NCBI GenBank assembly: GCA_035549735.1
Contig: DASZQI010000100.1
Coordinates: 77,165-141,164 of the forward strand
DNA length: 64,000 nt
Origin: Polyangiaceae bacterium
Lineage (GTDB): Bacteria; Myxococcota_A; Polyangia; Polyangiales; Polyangiaceae
Reading direction: 5' to 3'
The position numbers were made by a program, and so were the translations under genes. Below the pieces are notes generated by a model. That model was given only the letters and a program-made list of their open reading frames with translations. It had not been told where the DNA came from and searched no databases. Shown here one piece after another: positions 39,255 through 49,610 of this stretch (within the stretch, counting starts at the first letter, position 1; every line of letters starts with the position of its first letter).

Positions 39255-41228
39255 ATGAGCAGCGACAATACCGCCATCGAAACTCACTCCAGCGAGACCC
39301 GTACGTTCGATCCGAGTCCCGAGTTTTCGCGTAGCGCGCGCATCCAATCGGTCGCCGACTACCAGCGCTTGTACAAAGAGAGCATCGAGTCGCCGCAGAC
39401 GTTCTGGCAGCGCGAAACTTCGGATCTGGTCTTTCGCAGCCCCTGGAACAAGCTGCTCGACTGGCAGCTCCCGCACGCGAAATGGTTCCTGGGCGCCACG
39501 CTGAACGTTACCGAGAGCTGCCTCGATCGCCACCTCGGCACTCCGCGGGAGAACAAGCCCGCGATCATTTGGGAGAGCGAGCCCGGCGAGACCACCACGC
39601 TCACCTACCGCGAGCTCTACCAAAAAGTGCTGGAGATGACCGCGGGCCTGCGCTCACTCGGAGTGAAGAAGGGTGATCGCGTGGCCATCTACATGGGCAT
39701 GGTTCCCGAAGTCATCGTTGGCATGCTCGCCTGCGCGCGCATCGGCGCGCCGCACACCGTGGTCTTCGGTGGCTTTGCGGCTGAATCGCTGCGCGACCGC
39801 ATCAATGACTGCGGCGCCAAAGTGGTGCTGACCCAAGACGGCGCGCTCCGGCGCGGCAACGTGGTCCCGCTCAAGGCCATGGTCGACAAGGCCGTTGCCA
39901 GCGCGCCGTCGGTCGAAAAGGTGGTCGTCTATCGCCGGCTCAGCCAAGCGCAGGCACCGATCGAAATGCAAGCCGGGCGCGACCTCGACTGGAACGAGCT
40001 GGTCGCTTCCGCCCGCCCGCGCGCGGAAAGCGACGGTAAAGCCGAGATCGTCGACGCCGAGCATCCGCTGTTCATCCTGTACACCTCCGGTTCGACCGGA
40101 AAGCCCAAGGGCGTGCTGCACACCACCGGCGGGTACCTCGCAGGCGCGCACCTCACCACCAAGTACGTATTCGACCTGCGCGATGACGACATCTACTGGT
40201 GCACGGCCGACGTGGGCTGGGTCACCGGCCACAGTTACATCGTGTACGGCCCGCTCTCCAACGGCGCGAGCTGCTTGCTCTACGAAGGCGCCCCCAATCA
40301 GCCCGATTGGGGCCGTTTTTGGCAAATAATCGAGAAACACAAGGTCACTATTCTGTACACCGCGCCGACCGCCATCCGCGCTTTCATCCGTCAGGGTGAT
40401 GCGTGGCCCGCCAAGTCGGATCTCAGTAGCCTGCGGCTGCTCGGCAGCGTGGGCGAACCAATCAACCCCGAAGCGTGGGTTTGGTACTACGAGCACATCG
40501 GCCGCAAGCGTTGCCCGGTGGTCGACACGTGGTGGCAAACCGAAACTGGCTCGATCATGATGACCACGCTCCCCGGCGCCCAACGCATGAAACCGGGCGC
40601 GACGGGCCTGCCGTTCTTCGGCGTGGTAGCCGAAGTCGTCACTCAGTCGGGTGAGAAGGTTCCAGCCGGCGGCGGCGGATTTTTGGTGCTGAAGCAGCCG
40701 TGGCCCAGCATGCTTCGCACCATCTGGGGCGACGACGAGCGCTTCCGCGCTCAGTACTACAGCGAAATTCAGGGCGTTTACTTCACCGGCGATGGCGCGC
40801 GCCAGGACAGCGACGGCTATTTCCACGTGGTCGGCCGCATCGATGACGTGCTCAACGTCGCGGGCCACCGCATCGGGACGGCCGAAATCGAGAGCGCCTT
40901 GGTCTCGCACCCTGCAGTCGCCGAAGCCGCGGCGGTCGGCCGCACCGACGATATCAAGGGGCAAGCACTGGTCGTGTTCGTGACGCTCAAGCCGCCGAAC
41001 GAAGCCTCGGAAGAGATGAAGAAAAAGCTCTCCGAGCACGTCGCCCAGGAAATCGGCAAGTTCGCCCGCCCCGACGCGGTGCGCTTCGCCGAAGCCCTGC
41101 CCAAGACCCGCAGCGGCAAGATCATGCGTCGGCTGCTGAAGGACGTCGCTGCCGGCCGTGAGGCGCAGGGTGACACCTCCACGCTGGAGGACCTCAGCGT
41201 CGTCGCCAAGCTGCGCGACGAAGAGTGA
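39255..41228 (+). CDS. acs: Acetyl-CoA synthetase
   Basis: [50 protein letters not shown]. Confidence 0.97.
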   Translation: MSSDNTAIETHSSETRTFDPSPEFSRSARIQSVADYQRLYKESIESPQTFWQRETSDLVFRSPWNKLLDWQLPHAKWFLGATLNVTESCLDRHLGTPRENKPAIIWESEPGETTTLTYRELYQKVLEMTAGLRSLGVKKGDRVAIYMGMVPEVIVGMLACARIGAPHTVVFGGFAAESLRDRINDCGAKVVLTQDGALRRGNVVPLKAMVDKAVASAPSVEKVVVYRRLSQAQAPIEMQAGRDLDWNELVASARPRAESDGKAEIVDAEHPLFILYTSGSTGKPKGVLHTTGGYLAGAHLTTKYVFDLRDDDIYWCTADVGWVTGHSYIVYGPLSNGASCLLYEGAPNQPDWGRFWQIIEKHKVTILYTAPTAIRAFIRQGDAWPAKSDLSSLRLLGSVGEPINPEAWVWYYEHIGRKRCPVVDTWWQTETGSIMMTTLPGAQRMKPGATGLPFFGVVAEVVTQSGEKVPAGGGGFLVLKQPWPSMLRTIWGDDERFRAQYYSEIQGVYFTGDGARQDSDGYFHVVGRIDDVLNVAGHRIGTAEIESALVSHPAVAEAAAVGRTDDIKGQALVVFVTLKPPNEASEEMKKKLSEHVAQEIGKFARPDAVRFAEALPKTRSGKIMRRLLKDVAAGREAQGDTSTLEDLSVVAKLRDEE

Positions 41229-41250
41229 TCTTGGGCTCGAGACGCGCGCC

Positions 41251-42030
41251 ATGAAAGCCATCATCATCGGTGCCGGCCGGGGCAGCCGCCTTGGCCACGA
41301 AACCGATCACATTCCGAAGACTCTGGTCGAAGTGGTCGGGCGCCCGATGCTCGACCACATTCTCGACGCGCTCGCCGCCGGAGGCTTTACGCGAAAGGAC
41401 GTGGTTTTCGTGTGCGGCTATGCGGAGGCGGTCGTGCGCGAGCGCTACCCCGACCTGACCTTCGTGCGCAACGCCGATTGGGAGAAGAACAATATCCTGG
41501 CTTCGCTCTTGTGCGCGCGCGAGCACCTTCAGTCCGGGTTCGTGTCCACTTACGCGGATATCGTGTACGAACCCGGCGTCGTCGAGCGCCTGGTCCGCGC
41601 CAAGGAAGACATCGTGCTCGGCTGCGACACCGACTGGCGTCGCCGCTACGTGGGCCGCACTCAGCACCCCGAGACCGACGCCGAAAAACTCACGGCCGAC
41701 GGCCGGCGTGTCACCGCGCTCTCCCGCCGCATTCCGAGCGAAGCCGCGAACGGCGAATTCATCGGCGTGATGAAGCTGAGCGCAGCGGGCGCCCGCAGCC
41801 TGTGCGATGCCTTCGACGCGGCGAAGGCCCAGTATGCCGGTCGCGACTACCGTGAAGGTCGCAGCTTCGAGCGCGCGTACCTCATCGATCTGCTGGCTCA
41901 AATGCTGGAAGCGGGCACGCCCATGTACCGCGAAGATACCCAGGGCGGTTACATGGAGATCGACACCCAGCAGGACTTGGGTTTCTCTAAACAGTGGTGG
42001 CAAACGTGGACGCTCCGCTCGAAGTCGTGA
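41251..42030 (+). CDS. Nucleotidyltransferase, LicC/phosphocholine-cytidylyltransferase-like
   Basis: MKAIIIGAGRGSRL...PKTL, NNILASL, YADIVY, GEFIG, MEIDT.QDL. Confidence 0.8.
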   Translation: MKAIIIGAGRGSRLGHETDHIPKTLVEVVGRPMLDHILDALAAGGFTRKDVVFVCGYAEAVVRERYPDLTFVRNADWEKNNILASLLCAREHLQSGFVSTYADIVYEPGVVERLVRAKEDIVLGCDTDWRRRYVGRTQHPETDAEKLTADGRRVTALSRRIPSEAANGEFIGVMKLSAAGARSLCDAFDAAKAQYAGRDYREGRSFERAYLIDLLAQMLEAGTPMYREDTQGGYMEIDTQQDLGFSKQWWQTWTLRSKS

Positions 42031-42797
42031 CCATCGACGAGCGGCGGCTGCTCGCGCGCCTCACGTCACTCGCTGAAACCAGCCCGAATGGCCTGCTCGC
42101 CTTCGACGGCGACGGCACGCTCTGGTCCGGGGACGTCGGCGAAGACGTCTTTCACGAAGCGGTCTCTGCGGGCCTCTTGCGTGAAGAAGCGCGACAAGCG
42201 CTGGTCAACGAAGCTGCCGCGCACGCCATCGAGACCCACGGCACCCCCAGTGAAATCGCCGCGCGCCTGTTCGAGGCGTACCTCGCTGGCGGCTACCCCG
42301 AGCGCGACGTCTGCGCGATGATGACCTGGTGCTATGCGGGGTTTTCCCGCGACGAGCTGCTCGAGCTGGTGCGCCACGCCTTCGCCCGCGCCGATCTAGC
42401 CGATCGATTGCACCGCGAGCTCGCGCCGATCCTCGATTTCGCTCGTGAGGCCGCGTTGCGCGTGGTGGTCGTCTCCGCGTCGCCGCAGCTGATCGTCGAA
42501 GAAGCAGTATCACTCTGGGGAGTGACACCAGAAAGCGTCGCTGCTAGCCGCCCCGCCTTCGACAGCGAGCGTATCGCGCCTCGGCTCGCCTCCCCCGTCC
42601 CTTACGCCGAAGCGAAACCAGCCGCCCTGCGCGCCCTGGCTCCCGACCACCCACTGCTCGCCGCCTTCGGCGACAATGTGTTCGACATCGAACTCTTGAA
42701 AACAGCCCAGCTCGGCGTCGCCGTCCGCCCCAAGCCAGCCCTACGCATGCGGTTGCCGGAGCTCAAGGACATCGTGGTGCTGGAGAGTTATCACTAG
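42027..42797 (+). CDS. HAD-superfamily phosphatase
   Basis: FDGDGTLW (motif I), VVSAS (II), K, GDNVFD (IV); GTGA overlap with the upstream stop. Confidence 0.85.
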   Translation: MTIDERRLLARLTSLAETSPNGLLAFDGDGTLWSGDVGEDVFHEAVSAGLLREEARQALVNEAAAHAIETHGTPSEIAARLFEAYLAGGYPERDVCAMMTWCYAGFSRDELLELVRHAFARADLADRLHRELAPILDFAREAALRVVVVSASPQLIVEEAVSLWGVTPESVAASRPAFDSERIAPRLASPVPYAEAKPAALRALAPDHPLLAAFGDNVFDIELLKTAQLGVAVRPKPALRMRLPELKDIVVLESYH

Positions 42798-42798
42798 C

Positions 42799-45700
42799 TC
42801 AATCGAACGCGCCGACGGGCAGCGTCACGCGAAACGGTAGATACTGGAAGATCGTCAAATTCAGGCCCTGCCCAACGAGCACCCGGCCATCGTCGGACAT
42901 GTCCTCGATGGTCAGCTCCTCCCAGTCGACCAGGTCGAGGCCGTAGTCGGTCAACAGCTGTTGCAGGTCGCGCGACCCGTGTCGCACATCCCAAACGAAG
43001 CTCCCGAGAAAGACCGAATCGACCGAACCTGCGATCACGCTGCCCTTCGAGCTGACGCAGCGGGGTACACAAGACATGCTGAAGCCAGGGGGGGCGGTCA
43101 CGCAGGGCAAGTCTTCGGGCATAGAGCCGCGCGACCATCGCACAGGTCGCGTTCGCACGGCTGCGGTCGAACCAAGACCTACCGCGACGCGGCCGTCCGC
43201 GCTCAAAGCCAGACCGTGACCGGCAAACGCGTACCCGCCTCCTGACCCGACCAGAAAGGCAAAGTTCGCGTAGTAGTCCGAAGTGTCGTGCGACAGGAGC
43301 GCCGTACTGCCATCCGCGCTGACCCCCACCGCGTTGCTCTCGACGCTCAGTAGCGCGGGCGGGGCCGCCGTATTCAACTCGAATTTTACTGGATAAGCGA
43401 TGCCTGGCGGCGCCACCGCACTGCCTACCCCGATCGAACCGTCGGCGCTGAGAGCATTGACTCGAGACAAGCCGGAACCGAATGCCGTGAGCGGCCGCGG
43501 CGCCGCAATCGTGGACCAAACCGTGGTGCCTCGCAACGAATCGACCGTCGCCACGGATCCATCACAGTTGGTGTGGGTCGCTTCGCTGCTCACGAGAGAG
43601 TCGGAATCGAGTTGTTGCAGCGCTCCGCTCGAATCCCAGCGCGCGGCGCGGTGCAGCGGGGGGCCGCCACTTTGATCTACGGTCTCCACCCAGCCGAACA
43701 CGACCGTTCCGTCCGCGCTGACGGCGTTAGCCTTTCCCGACAAAGCGAGGGCTGGATCCGAAGATTCATCCAGAGGCGTTGCCAGCACCTCGAAGGAAGG
43801 GCCCTCAGGCAGCGCCTTCGCCGGACAACCGATGACCGGATCGCGAACGCCGCCGGAACCGCCGGAACCACCCGAACCACCCGAACCACCCGAAGCCCCA
43901 GCGCCGCCGGAGCCCCCGGAGCCGGACTGTCCACCCGTTCCCCCCGAATTTCCTGGAAGCACGCAAGCGAGCCCCGATGCGCAGCTACCGGTTCGGCAGG
44001 GTTGCTGTTCCTCGATGCGCGCCCGACACCATCCCCGATCGCAGTAGTCCCCCGGCCCGCATGCGTAGGCTAGGTTTGCTAGCACACAGGGCTGTCCGGT
44101 TGCTGGATACTCCGAGCACACCCCAGTCGCGGTATTGCAGTACGCACCGCCAGTGCAGGAAGGGAAATTGTACCCATCGTTTCTGCAGGATTCACCGAGT
44201 TTGGGGAGCGCTCTGCATTGGTGGCTTGCCGCTTCACAGTACTGCGCGCTGCCGCACTCAGCGTTGCTCCGGCAGGCGTAGTCAGCGCCTGGCGGCACAC
44301 AAACAGAGCACGGGGCCGACGTTGGGCAGCGCGGATCACCGATGAACAGACACACTAGGCCCGCATCGCACGGATTGTTCGAGCACAAGTCTGGCACCGT
44401 CCGAGTGCACACGTCATTGCGGCAGCCGAGCCCGGCACCGCAGCCCGCCCCGCACGGTGCGTTTTCGCTCGCGCCGGGCTGACAGCGGTCGCCCACGCAG
44501 TACGAATACGGTTCGCAGTCGGCATTGCTTAGGCAGGCATCAGCTCGCGCGGTGCAAATCTCTCTTCGCGGCGCAGGACAATAGAGTCCGTCGCTGCAGG
44601 TGCCCGGTTCGCACGCATCGCCGGCATCGTGACGGTCGAGACAGAGGCCCGCGGACAACCACGGCTCTGGAAGCTCGCAGAAGTCGTCAGTCGCGCATTT
44701 CCCGGCCAAACATGGCCCACCGAGCATCGCCGCTTCGCAAACCAAGCTGGCCGGACTGCAATAGGTTCCCGACGCGCACACCCGTTGGTTTGCCGAGAAG
44801 CCACACGCCTCACCGGCTGCCAATTGCGGCACGCATTTGTTCGAATTGGGCGAACAGAACGAGCCCTCGTTGCAGCCACCCAATCTACAGGTGTCAGCGA
44901 GTGAGGGATTGCATGCGGCACCGAGAGGCGCGCCGCGACACGCTGAACTGGGCGCAACGCAGCGCTCACAGCTCATGATGCTACCGCCACAATCGTCCAC
45001 GTCGAACCACTGACAAACGAGACCTGTCGCACAGCGACGCTCGCCACAGTCGTCGCCCTCGTAGGCCAACGGACGGCAACGACCGTCGTAGTAACAACCG
45101 AGCCCGGTTTGGCAGCCGATGAAGCACGGCTCGCCGAGCGCGGAGCCCAGCTGACACTGCCAGTTCTCACAGTAGCTACCGGGTTCGCAGTCCGAGCTCA
45201 CGTCGCAGCCCGCCCTCGCAATGCACACGGGGCCGTCGACGGGTCCCGCGCCGCCGCTACCGGTGTTGGCTCCTCCGCCGACTCCAGCAAAGCCCGCGGC
45301 TGCGCCGCCCTCGCTGAGCGTGCCCGCCTGCCCAGACGAAACGCCACCGTCGGAGGTTCCGCCATTGCTCGTGGTGCCGGCAGTGGAAGAGGTGCCACCG
45401 CTGCTCGACAGCCCACCTTCACCCGTGCCACCGCTCGGCGAGCTGCCGCCGCCACTCGCTTCCCCACCAGTACTCAACGCGCCGCCCGTAGTCGCTTCGC
45501 CGCCAGTGTTCGCCGTACCGCCAGTGTTCGCCGTACCGCCGGTGCTCGCCGTACCGCCAGTACTCAACGCGCCCCCGGTGCTCACTTCGCCCCCGGTGCT
45601 CACTTCGCCACCGGTGCTCACTTCGCCACCGGTGCTCAACGCGCCGCCTTCGGCGGTGCCGCCAGTCGTTGCAGAGCCGCCGGTAGTCGCCACACCGCCC

Positions 45701-46137
45701 GTTACCGACGCGCCACCTTCGATCACGCCGCCGCTGCTCGCGCCGCCACTCGGGTTCGTTCCCCCTTCGTTCACGCCCCCAGTAGTCGAGCTTCCGCCTT
45801 CGGCGGCACCGCCTTGCGTGCTGCCGCCCTCGCTGGTCACTCCACCGGAATTGCCGGTGCCCCCAGTCGCATCGCCACCTTCACCACCGCTGCCCGCGTG
45901 CCCGCCGTTACCCGAAGCGCCGCCCGCAGTGGAGGCGCCCGAATCGCCGCCCCCACCCGCCGCGCCTCCCTCACCTGACTCGCCACCTGAGCTGGTCGCG
46001 CCGGCGACGCCTCCGGTCGAGCCGTCAGGGCCACCTCGCCCTGACTCGCACGCGAAAAAAAACGCAATGCCCGCCGTCCCCATGAGCCGGCTCAGCTTCG
46101 AGACACGACTCTGCGTCCGGCGCGCTATCCAGCCCAT
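42799..46137 (-). CDS. Large surface lipoprotein: Gly/Thr stalk, Cys-rich repeats, C-terminal HAF-like repeats
   Basis: FFFAC lipobox-like motif; about 270-aa Gly-rich linker; many C-x(4-6)-C repeats; A.AVSADG..V.G repeats and SDDGRVLVG. Confidence 0.75.
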   Translation of the reverse strand: MGWIARRTQSRVSKLSRLMGTAGIAFFFACESGRGGPDGSTGGVAGATSSGGESGEGGAAGGGGDSGASTAGGASGNGGHAGSGGEGGDATGGTGNSGGVTSEGGSTQGGAAEGGSSTTGGVNEGGTNPSGGASSGGVIEGGASVTGGVATTGGSATTGGTAEGGALSTGGEVSTGGEVSTGGEVSTGGALSTGGTASTGGTANTGGTANTGGEATTGGALSTGGEASGGGSSPSGGTGEGGLSSSGGTSSTAGTTSNGGTSDGGVSSGQAGTLSEGGAAAGFAGVGGGANTGSGGAGPVDGPVCIARAGCDVSSDCEPGSYCENWQCQLGSALGEPCFIGCQTGLGCYYDGRCRPLAYEGDDCGERRCATGLVCQWFDVDDCGGSIMSCERCVAPSSACRGAPLGAACNPSLADTCRLGGCNEGSFCSPNSNKCVPQLAAGEACGFSANQRVCASGTYCSPASLVCEAAMLGGPCLAGKCATDDFCELPEPWLSAGLCLDRHDAGDACEPGTCSDGLYCPAPRREICTARADACLSNADCEPYSYCVGDRCQPGASENAPCGAGCGAGLGCRNDVCTRTVPDLCSNNPCDAGLVCLFIGDPRCPTSAPCSVCVPPGADYACRSNAECGSAQYCEAASHQCRALPKLGESCRNDGYNFPSCTGGAYCNTATGVCSEYPATGQPCVLANLAYACGPGDYCDRGWCRARIEEQQPCRTGSCASGLACVLPGNSGGTGGQSGSGGSGGAGASGGSGGSGGSGGSGGVRDPVIGCPAKALPEGPSFEVLATPLDESSDPALALSGKANAVSADGTVVFGWVETVDQSGGPPLHRAARWDSSGALQQLDSDSLVSSEATHTNCDGSVATVDSLRGTTVWSTIAAPRPLTAFGSGLSRVNALSADGSIGVGSAVAPPGIAYPVKFELNTAAPPALLSVESNAVGVSADGSTALLSHDTSDYYANFAFLVGSGGGYAFAGHGLALSADGRVAVGLGSTAAVRTRPVRWSRGSMPEDLPCVTAPPGFSMSCVPRCVSSKGSVIAGSVDSVFLGSFVWDVRHGSRDLQQLLTDYGLDLVDWEELTIEDMSDDGRVLVGQGLNLTIFQYLPFRVTLPVGAFD
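45465..45710 (-). repeat. 18-bp coding tandem repeat (TGGEVS/TGGTAN/TGGALS)
   Basis: Repeated ccggtgctcacttcgcc and ccagtgttcgccgtaccg units. Confidence 0.85.
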
Positions 46138-46330
46138 CCCGCTGACGTGGCCACTCGAGGCCCAACTCGATGAACCAACCGCACAATTTCGTCTTTTCTT
46201 GCTTTTTTCCGGTACGTCGAGATTCGTCGGGTCACCGCCCCTAGCAGCCCTCGTCAACTTGAGCGCCCCCCCTCCTCATACTAAAAGCACCCTCGCGCTT
46301 TATCCCTCCCCGCCGAGGTTCCGCCTTCCT

Positions 46331-47080
46331 ATGCCTCCCTGCGCCCACGCCCGCACCCTCCCTCCCCGGCTGCTCCGCCTCTTCCCCCTGCTCGCCGTCG
46401 CTCTAGTCTCCGCCTGCGGCGGTAGTGAGCCGACCGCGAAAAGCCCCAAGCTCAAGGACGCGACGCCGACCGCGGAGCGAGACGATCTGCACGGCGTGCG
46501 GACCAGCAGTGAGATCGGCGGTATGAACGAAGACGAGGTCGATGCGGTGTTCAAGAAGACCCTCTCGACACTCGAGCGGTGCCTGAACAAGGGCGCGGCA
46601 CGCGTCGAGTTCTTGAGCGGCTCGGTCAGTTTTTTTCTGAAGGTGGACTCGGCCGGCAAGGTCGACCAGGCGTACCTCGAGCGCTCCACGCTCGGCGATC
46701 GCGATACCGAGAAGTGCATGCTGGCGGCGCTGAAGTCGCGCACGTGGCCGAAGCCGGTCGGCGGCGAGCACGGCCTGGCCAAGAAGTCGTTCGACTTCGA
46801 CTCGCCGAACGATGTCAGGCCGCCGATGGAGTGGGACTCGGAGCGCGCCAAGACCGTGCTCAAAAAGCTCGGCGACAAGCTGAACGATTGTCGCGGCGGG
46901 GCGTCCGGGTCGTTCGAAGCCACCGCTTACGTGTCCACCGAAGGTTCGGTGATCACCGCCAGCGTCACCCCTCCGAACGAGTCCGGCGAAGCCGCGGTCG
47001 ACTGTTTGGTGGACACGCTGCGCGAAGCCAGTTTTCCCTCTCCTGGGAGCTGGCCGGCCAAGATTACCTTCTCTCTCTAG
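46331..47080 (+). CDS. Lipoprotein with two AgmX/PglI-C (TonB-C-like) domains
   Basis: Lipobox LVSAC; LERC...G.V.F...V...G.V......STLGD..TE.C.......WP.P, then a second similar repeat. Confidence 0.7.
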   Translation: MPPCAHARTLPPRLLRLFPLLAVALVSACGGSEPTAKSPKLKDATPTAERDDLHGVRTSSEIGGMNEDEVDAVFKKTLSTLERCLNKGAARVEFLSGSVSFFLKVDSAGKVDQAYLERSTLGDRDTEKCMLAALKSRTWPKPVGGEHGLAKKSFDFDSPNDVRPPMEWDSERAKTVLKKLGDKLNDCRGGASGSFEATAYVSTEGSVITASVTPPNESGEAAVDCLVDTLREASFPSPGSWPAKITFSL

Positions 47081-47123
47081 CCATGCGGTGCCCGCGCGTG
47101 AAACGCGTGGCATAACGTGCGGC

Positions 47124-47381
47124 ATGCATCGCGAAGAGCGGGAGTTTTCGATCGTCGTGCACGTCGCGGCCGAGTTCGATGACGACTATACCGGCGACCA
47201 AGACGGCTTCGCGTGGCACGAAGACTTCGAGCGTGGGCTGAAGCCGCGACTCTTGGCGGCGGTGTTCGACGCCTTGCGCTCGCAGCCGGGCTGGCGCGCG
47301 GTCGCCGCGCCGCGCGGTCGCGACCCGGAGCGCGCGATCGAAATCGACGTGCTGCGCGAGCCCGAAAAATCCCGAAGCTGA
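47124..47381 (+). CDS. Small hypothetical protein
   Basis: Natural-looking 85-aa ORF (EFDDDYTGDQDGFAW...RGRDPERAIEI) that fills the gap between flanking genes. Confidence 0.65.
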   Translation: MHREEREFSIVVHVAAEFDDDYTGDQDGFAWHEDFERGLKPRLLAAVFDALRSQPGWRAVAAPRGRDPERAIEIDVLREPEKSRS

Positions 47382-47401
47382 ACCAGCCGGCGGCGCTCGG
47401 C

Positions 47402-49546
47402 TTACTTGCCGAGCCGCTCTTGAACGCGAGCGATCGCCTCGGCGAGCTGCTGATCCTTGCGCAGACAGGGGTAGCAGTCATCGTGCCCGGAGAAGCCGCA
47501 GCCGCTGCTGACCTCGAGCTCTCGCAGCACGTCGAGCGTCTGGCGCCCTCCGACCTTGCTCGCCAGCGGCAGGAGTTCGTGCTTTTGCGCGCAGCTCTCG
47601 GCGTAGCGCAGCTTCACCGCGGACTGCAGCGCGCCCGAGGCGTGCTCGGCGAACTCCGGGCTGCGCAACCACTTTTCGGCGCGCTTGCGAACGCTCTCAC
47701 GCGCGCCCTTGTCCTGGGCCAACTGGTAGACGATCTCCGCACCGCGCGCGGCCATCGTGCCTTGCAGCAAGCCGAACGCGAGGTCGGAGGTTTCCTTCGA
47801 TTCGGACGCGGCGCCGCGAAATAGCACCGGAGCGAGCCGCGCATCGTCACGCCAGCTCGGATGCTGGGTGAGCGCCTTTGCGGCCAGCGAAACCGCTTCC
47901 GCGTCTTGTCCCGCGCTGGCGCGCTCGCTGGCGAGCGAGATCAGCGAACGCTCGTCCTTCGGCGGCGCTGGCTCGACCACCGGCGCGGAGCTCGCGGCCG
48001 AGGGCGCGGCTGAGGCAGCGGGCTCTGGGTTCGCGCTGTTCGCCGTGCTCGCCGAGTTGCGCTCACCGCGCGTCGATACCAGCACGATCACGGAGAATCC
48101 GACCACCACGATCGCGAGCAGTAGCGCCGCGAGCAACGCCAAGAGCGGCGTCGACGCACCCGAAAGTCGTCGCTTCAACGTCTCGGGCAACGCGTTGCGC
48201 GCCACTTCCGCGCGCGCAAGCAGGCGAGCCTGCAGCGGACGCCCGCGCTCGAGCAAGTCTGCGGTCAAACGCTTCGCACGCACCGCGAGCGCATCCCGCT
48301 TCTGGCCCGGCGCGCCAGTTGGCGGCGCGTTACTCGGCGGCACGCTACTCGGCAGGCGGAGCACGGTCGGTGCGTCGGGCGGTTCAGCGGCTTTGGCCGG
48401 TCGCACCGGTGGTGGGGGCGGCCCGGACGGAACAGGCCCGGACGGAACAGGCCCGGGCGCGACGGCCCCGGCATCCTCCGCCGGTAAATCGAAAGCCGGC
48501 AATGGATCACCCGGCAAAAATGTGGCGAGCCGCGGCGCGGGAACGCTGCGCGGCGCTAGCGCGGGCGCCGGAATCGAAGCCCGGGCAAGCAGCGTATCGA
48601 GCACCTCGACCACCTCGCTCGCGCGCTGATAGCGAGCGCTGAGCTCGCGTTGCAAGAGCCGCTGCACGAGTTGCTCGACCGGCGCAGACACCTGAATCTT
48701 GGGTGCGCGCGCCGCGATCGTGGGCGGAGGCCCTGCGATTTGTTGCGCCAAGATCCCCGCCGAATCTCGGGCCTCGTAAGGTCGCACCCCAGCGATCATC
48801 TCGAACAGCATGACCCCGAGTGCATAGAGATCGGCCCGCGCGTCGGCGGGTTGACCGAGCGCTTGCTCGGGGGCCATGTACTCGGGCGTGCCGAACACCG
48901 CACCCACGCGGGTGATAGGCTGCGCAGCGGAAAGGCCGCCGCTCATCGGCACGCGCGCGATGCCGAAATCGAGCACCTTCACGAAATCGGGCTGCTCGTC
49001 CTTGTTGAGCAGCATCACGTTTTCGGGCTTGAGATCGCGGTGAACGATCTCGAGCTCCTGTGCACGCACCAAGGCCGAAGCAATCTGCCGAGCGATGTGC
49101 AGGCTACGCGGCACACCGAGCGGCCCGGCGGCGATCTCGTCGCGCAAAAGCCGCCCTTCAACGAACTCGAGCGCGAGGAACAGCGAACCGTCGCCGAGCT
49201 TACCGAAGTCGAGCGCGGCAGCGATGTTCGGGTGCTCGAGGTGTGCGCTCGCCAGCGCCTCGCGCTCGAAGCGCGCGACCAGTGCTGGTACGTTGGTGAG
49301 CTCGCGATGCAGGATCTTGAGCGCGATGCGCTTCTTCAAGAGCACGTGCTCGGCGGCGTAGACCCTGCCCGAGCTGCCCGCACCCATTAGGCGCAGGATT
49401 CGGTAGCGCTCCGACAGCACCGTGCCGGGGCTCAAGGCGTGCTCGGTGAGCGGGTTGCTGGGCGAAGGGCGGGAGGACGGGGACGACACGGGGCCAGGCG
49501 ATCCTAACGCGAGCGCGCCCCCAACGCTCGACGCAAAGCATCGCAC
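47402..49546 (-). CDS. Membrane Ser/Thr protein kinase with extracytoplasmic helical domain
   Basis: MGAGSSGRVY, IALK, HRDLKPEN, DFG, GTPEYMAPEQ; TM; C-terminal CG....DCYPCLR. Start uncertain. Confidence 0.93.
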   Translation of the reverse strand: MRCFASSVGGALALGSPGPVSSPSSRPSPSNPLTEHALSPGTVLSERYRILRLMGAGSSGRVYAAEHVLLKKRIALKILHRELTNVPALVARFEREALASAHLEHPNIAAALDFGKLGDGSLFLALEFVEGRLLRDEIAAGPLGVPRSLHIARQIASALVRAQELEIVHRDLKPENVMLLNKDEQPDFVKVLDFGIARVPMSGGLSAAQPITRVGAVFGTPEYMAPEQALGQPADARADLYALGVMLFEMIAGVRPYEARDSAGILAQQIAGPPPTIAARAPKIQVSAPVEQLVQRLLQRELSARYQRASEVVEVLDTLLARASIPAPALAPRSVPAPRLATFLPGDPLPAFDLPAEDAGAVAPGPVPSGPVPSGPPPPPVRPAKAAEPPDAPTVLRLPSSVPPSNAPPTGAPGQKRDALAVRAKRLTADLLERGRPLQARLLARAEVARNALPETLKRRLSGASTPLLALLAALLLAIVVVGFSVIVLVSTRGERNSASTANSANPEPAASAAPSAASSAPVVEPAPPKDERSLISLASERASAGQDAEAVSLAAKALTQHPSWRDDARLAPVLFRGAASESKETSDLAFGLLQGTMAARGAEIVYQLAQDKGARESVRKRAEKWLRSPEFAEHASGALQSAVKLRYAESCAQKHELLPLASKVGGRQTLDVLRELEVSSGCGFSGHDDCYPCLRKDQQLAEAIARVQERLGK

Positions 49547-49610
49547 GGCTATCCCACCTTGTATGGGGGGATGCCCCCCAAATTCCGATCCGGCCGCGCG
49601 CAGATGCAGA

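Noticed and set aside
7837-41267. Many long alternative-frame or antisense ORFs (e.g. 7908..9503, 14408..16240, 39654..41267)
   Set aside because: Expected in high-GC DNA. They are Arg/Ala-rich, lack motifs and overlap well-supported genes.
45221-46330. Pro-rich 5' extension of the 619-aa + strand ORF
   Set aside because: Antisense shadow of the Gly-rich repeat of 42799..46137. The real gene starts near 46331 with a lipobox.
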